Assembly: GCA_013239625.1 (NCBI GenBank)
Contig: MU053487.1
Coordinates: 3,431,058-3,495,057 of the forward strand
Source: Lama guanicoe
Taxonomy: Eukaryota
Direction: 5' to 3'
Length of the DNA: 64,000 nt
Shown here: one piece after another, positions 62,355 to 64,000 of the stretch
Position numbering within the stretch: the first letter of the stretch is position 1
How the letters are laid out: the number at the start of each line of letters is the position of its first letter
Position numbers and translations under genes: made by a program
The notes under the pieces: model-generated
The model's database searches: none
Seen by the model: the letters and a program-made list of their open reading frames with translations, nothing else
Told to the model about the DNA's origin: nothing

Positions 62355-63130
62355 TCCTTTTTTTTTATTGTGGTGTAAAGTGTACATTACAAAATTTACC
62401 ATTTTAACCATTTTTAGGTATACATTTCTGTGACATCAAGTACATTCTGCCATCCATCCCCAGAACATTTTATCTTCCCAAACTAAAACTCTGTACTCAT
62501 TAACCAATAAATTCCCCTTTCTCTCTCCTCCCGCTTGTTGGCAGCCTTAATCCTACTTACTGTCTCCATGAACTTAACCATTGTAGTTACCCGATACAAG
62601 TGGAATTATCCAATATTTGTCCTTTTGCATCTGGCTTATTTCATTTGGCATAATGCCTTCAGGGTTCATGTAGCTTGTGTCAGAATTGCATTCCTTTTTT
62701 TTTTTTTTAAAGTTTCACAATATTGTATTTGGCAATGACTTCTTGTATACAACATCAAAGGCACAGGTAACAAACAAATTAGGCTTCATGAAAATTTTAA
62801 AAATGTGTGCATCGTAAGACAATATCCACAGAATTGCATTCCTTTTTAAGGCTGAACTATATTCCAGTGTATACATACCTTACTTTAGTCTACCTGTCAA
62901 TAAACATTTCTACCTTTTGGCTATTGTGAATAGTGCTGCTGTGAACATTGATGTACAAATAAACACACGTTTGAGTCTCTGCTTTCACTTCTTATGAGTG
63001 TATACCTAGAGGTGGAATTGCTGAATCATATGCTAGTTCTGTGTTTTAGTTTTTTGAGGACCAGACATACTGTTTTCCTTAGCGGCTGCACTGCTGTGAA
63101 AACAGTATATTCAACATTCCCACCAGCAAC
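62355..63130 (-). mobile_element. Ancient L1M 3' end interrupted by a 129-bp insert
   Basis: Typical L1MA/MB 3' UTR motifs (aatttaccattttaaccatttt, ggctattgtgaatagtgctgct). Confidence 0.75.
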
Positions 63131-63669
63131 AAATAGTGTCTTGGTGTTAAGCCACCCTTGCGGTTTTAAAATAGCCTACTTGGTTTTGGCTCTTTTGCCA
63201 GTAGTGTAGGAAGTGCTGTTGTCTTGCTGTCTGTGGCTAGAGCCAGGGCCTCCAGCTCGCACTCTTCTTGGCGGCTCCGTCCGTCTCGAGGTTGCCAGGA
63301 TCTATAGCCCTGGCTGGAGCACAAATTTCTGTAGCCGGAACAAGGGCATTAATGAATAGTAGATAAACTGAAAAGGATAGGCAGAAACCTGTTTTTGATT
63401 AAACTATTTCTCAACTTTATCAATTTTTAAGTTTCTCTTGATTCTTTTTCTGTGAAATATATGAAACTTGTTTATTTTACTTCACACACTGCTTCAGTCT
63501 CTGCCAGTCTTGTTAATTTAAGTTCTTCTTTTGGTAAACTTTGCATCCTAGCTTGGCATAATATCCCTAAACCTTTATTTCTCGATGTACCCCTTCTGTA
63601 CTGTCTGGGTGTACAGCATTTGCATTCATGCTCGCTAGCTGTGATTCAGTCTGAGCTTTGCCTGTAGCC

Positions 63670-63990
63670 GAGCTTGGGAACTGAGGTCTCCTATGGCACG
63701 TCCAGTCCAAGGAAGGATTTTATTTGGTTCACACAGGCTGTCGTATTTGAATTAGTTGGTAATGTTTAATAATTGGGGATTTCACATAAATCCAGATTTT
63801 AGCTTCTCTTTAAAAAAAAGGAAAATCAGATGACTCAGTCACACCTGGCATATGTTCCCACAGGCACTGTTCGCCAGATGAGTGTAACAGCTTTCTCCTT
63901 CGATGGAGCGCGTGCTCTTCAGTTCCCCACAGGCCTCCCCAGGCCTTTCTATCCATTTATGTATGTTATCTCGCCCTTGTTGGTCTTTGA
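63670..63990. mobile_element. MER102-like hAT element
   Basis: gatttcacataaatccagattttagcttctct motif. Confidence 0.55.
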
Positions 63991-64000
63991 GTTGATAATC

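Noticed and set aside
63180..63350. Locally GC-rich patch in EXOG intron 5 considered as a processed pseudogene or exon 6
   Set aside because: No recognisable protein, poly(A) or TSD; does not continue the EXOG protein after VSYQ

Overview
Mammalian genomic DNA, probably from a camelid: it carries three tRNA-derived Vic-1-like SINEs. It is not prokaryotic, so most six-frame ORFs are GC-rich or repeat artefacts. The window holds the complete ACVR2B gene on + (activin receptor type-2B; 11 coding exons, 4513..30534, 1539 nt = 512 aa, all introns GT-AG) with a ~10 kb 3' UTR. Downstream in tandem are the first 5 coding exons of EXOG (mitochondrial endo/exonuclease G-like; 43412..52456, 215 codons, SRGH motif intact), whose last exon lies beyond the window. 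Introns contain L1, L2, MIR, MaLR, hAT and Tigger/mariner remnants. Most notable observations: (1) a second CpG island in ACVR2B intron 1 has an ATG and a splice donor in the right phase to join exon 2. This would give a receptor with no signal peptide, or alternatively a 228-nt in-frame cassette. (2) A very young antisense L1 with a perfect 16-bp TSD lies ~0.5 kb before exon 2. (3) A 129-bp poly(A)-tailed retro-insert with a 19-bp TSD has a body antisense to old L1 sequence. (4) An L1 is flanked by a ~68-bp duplication. All isoform claims are sequence-based inferences needing RNA data. Repeat family names come from recognition, not from a database search.
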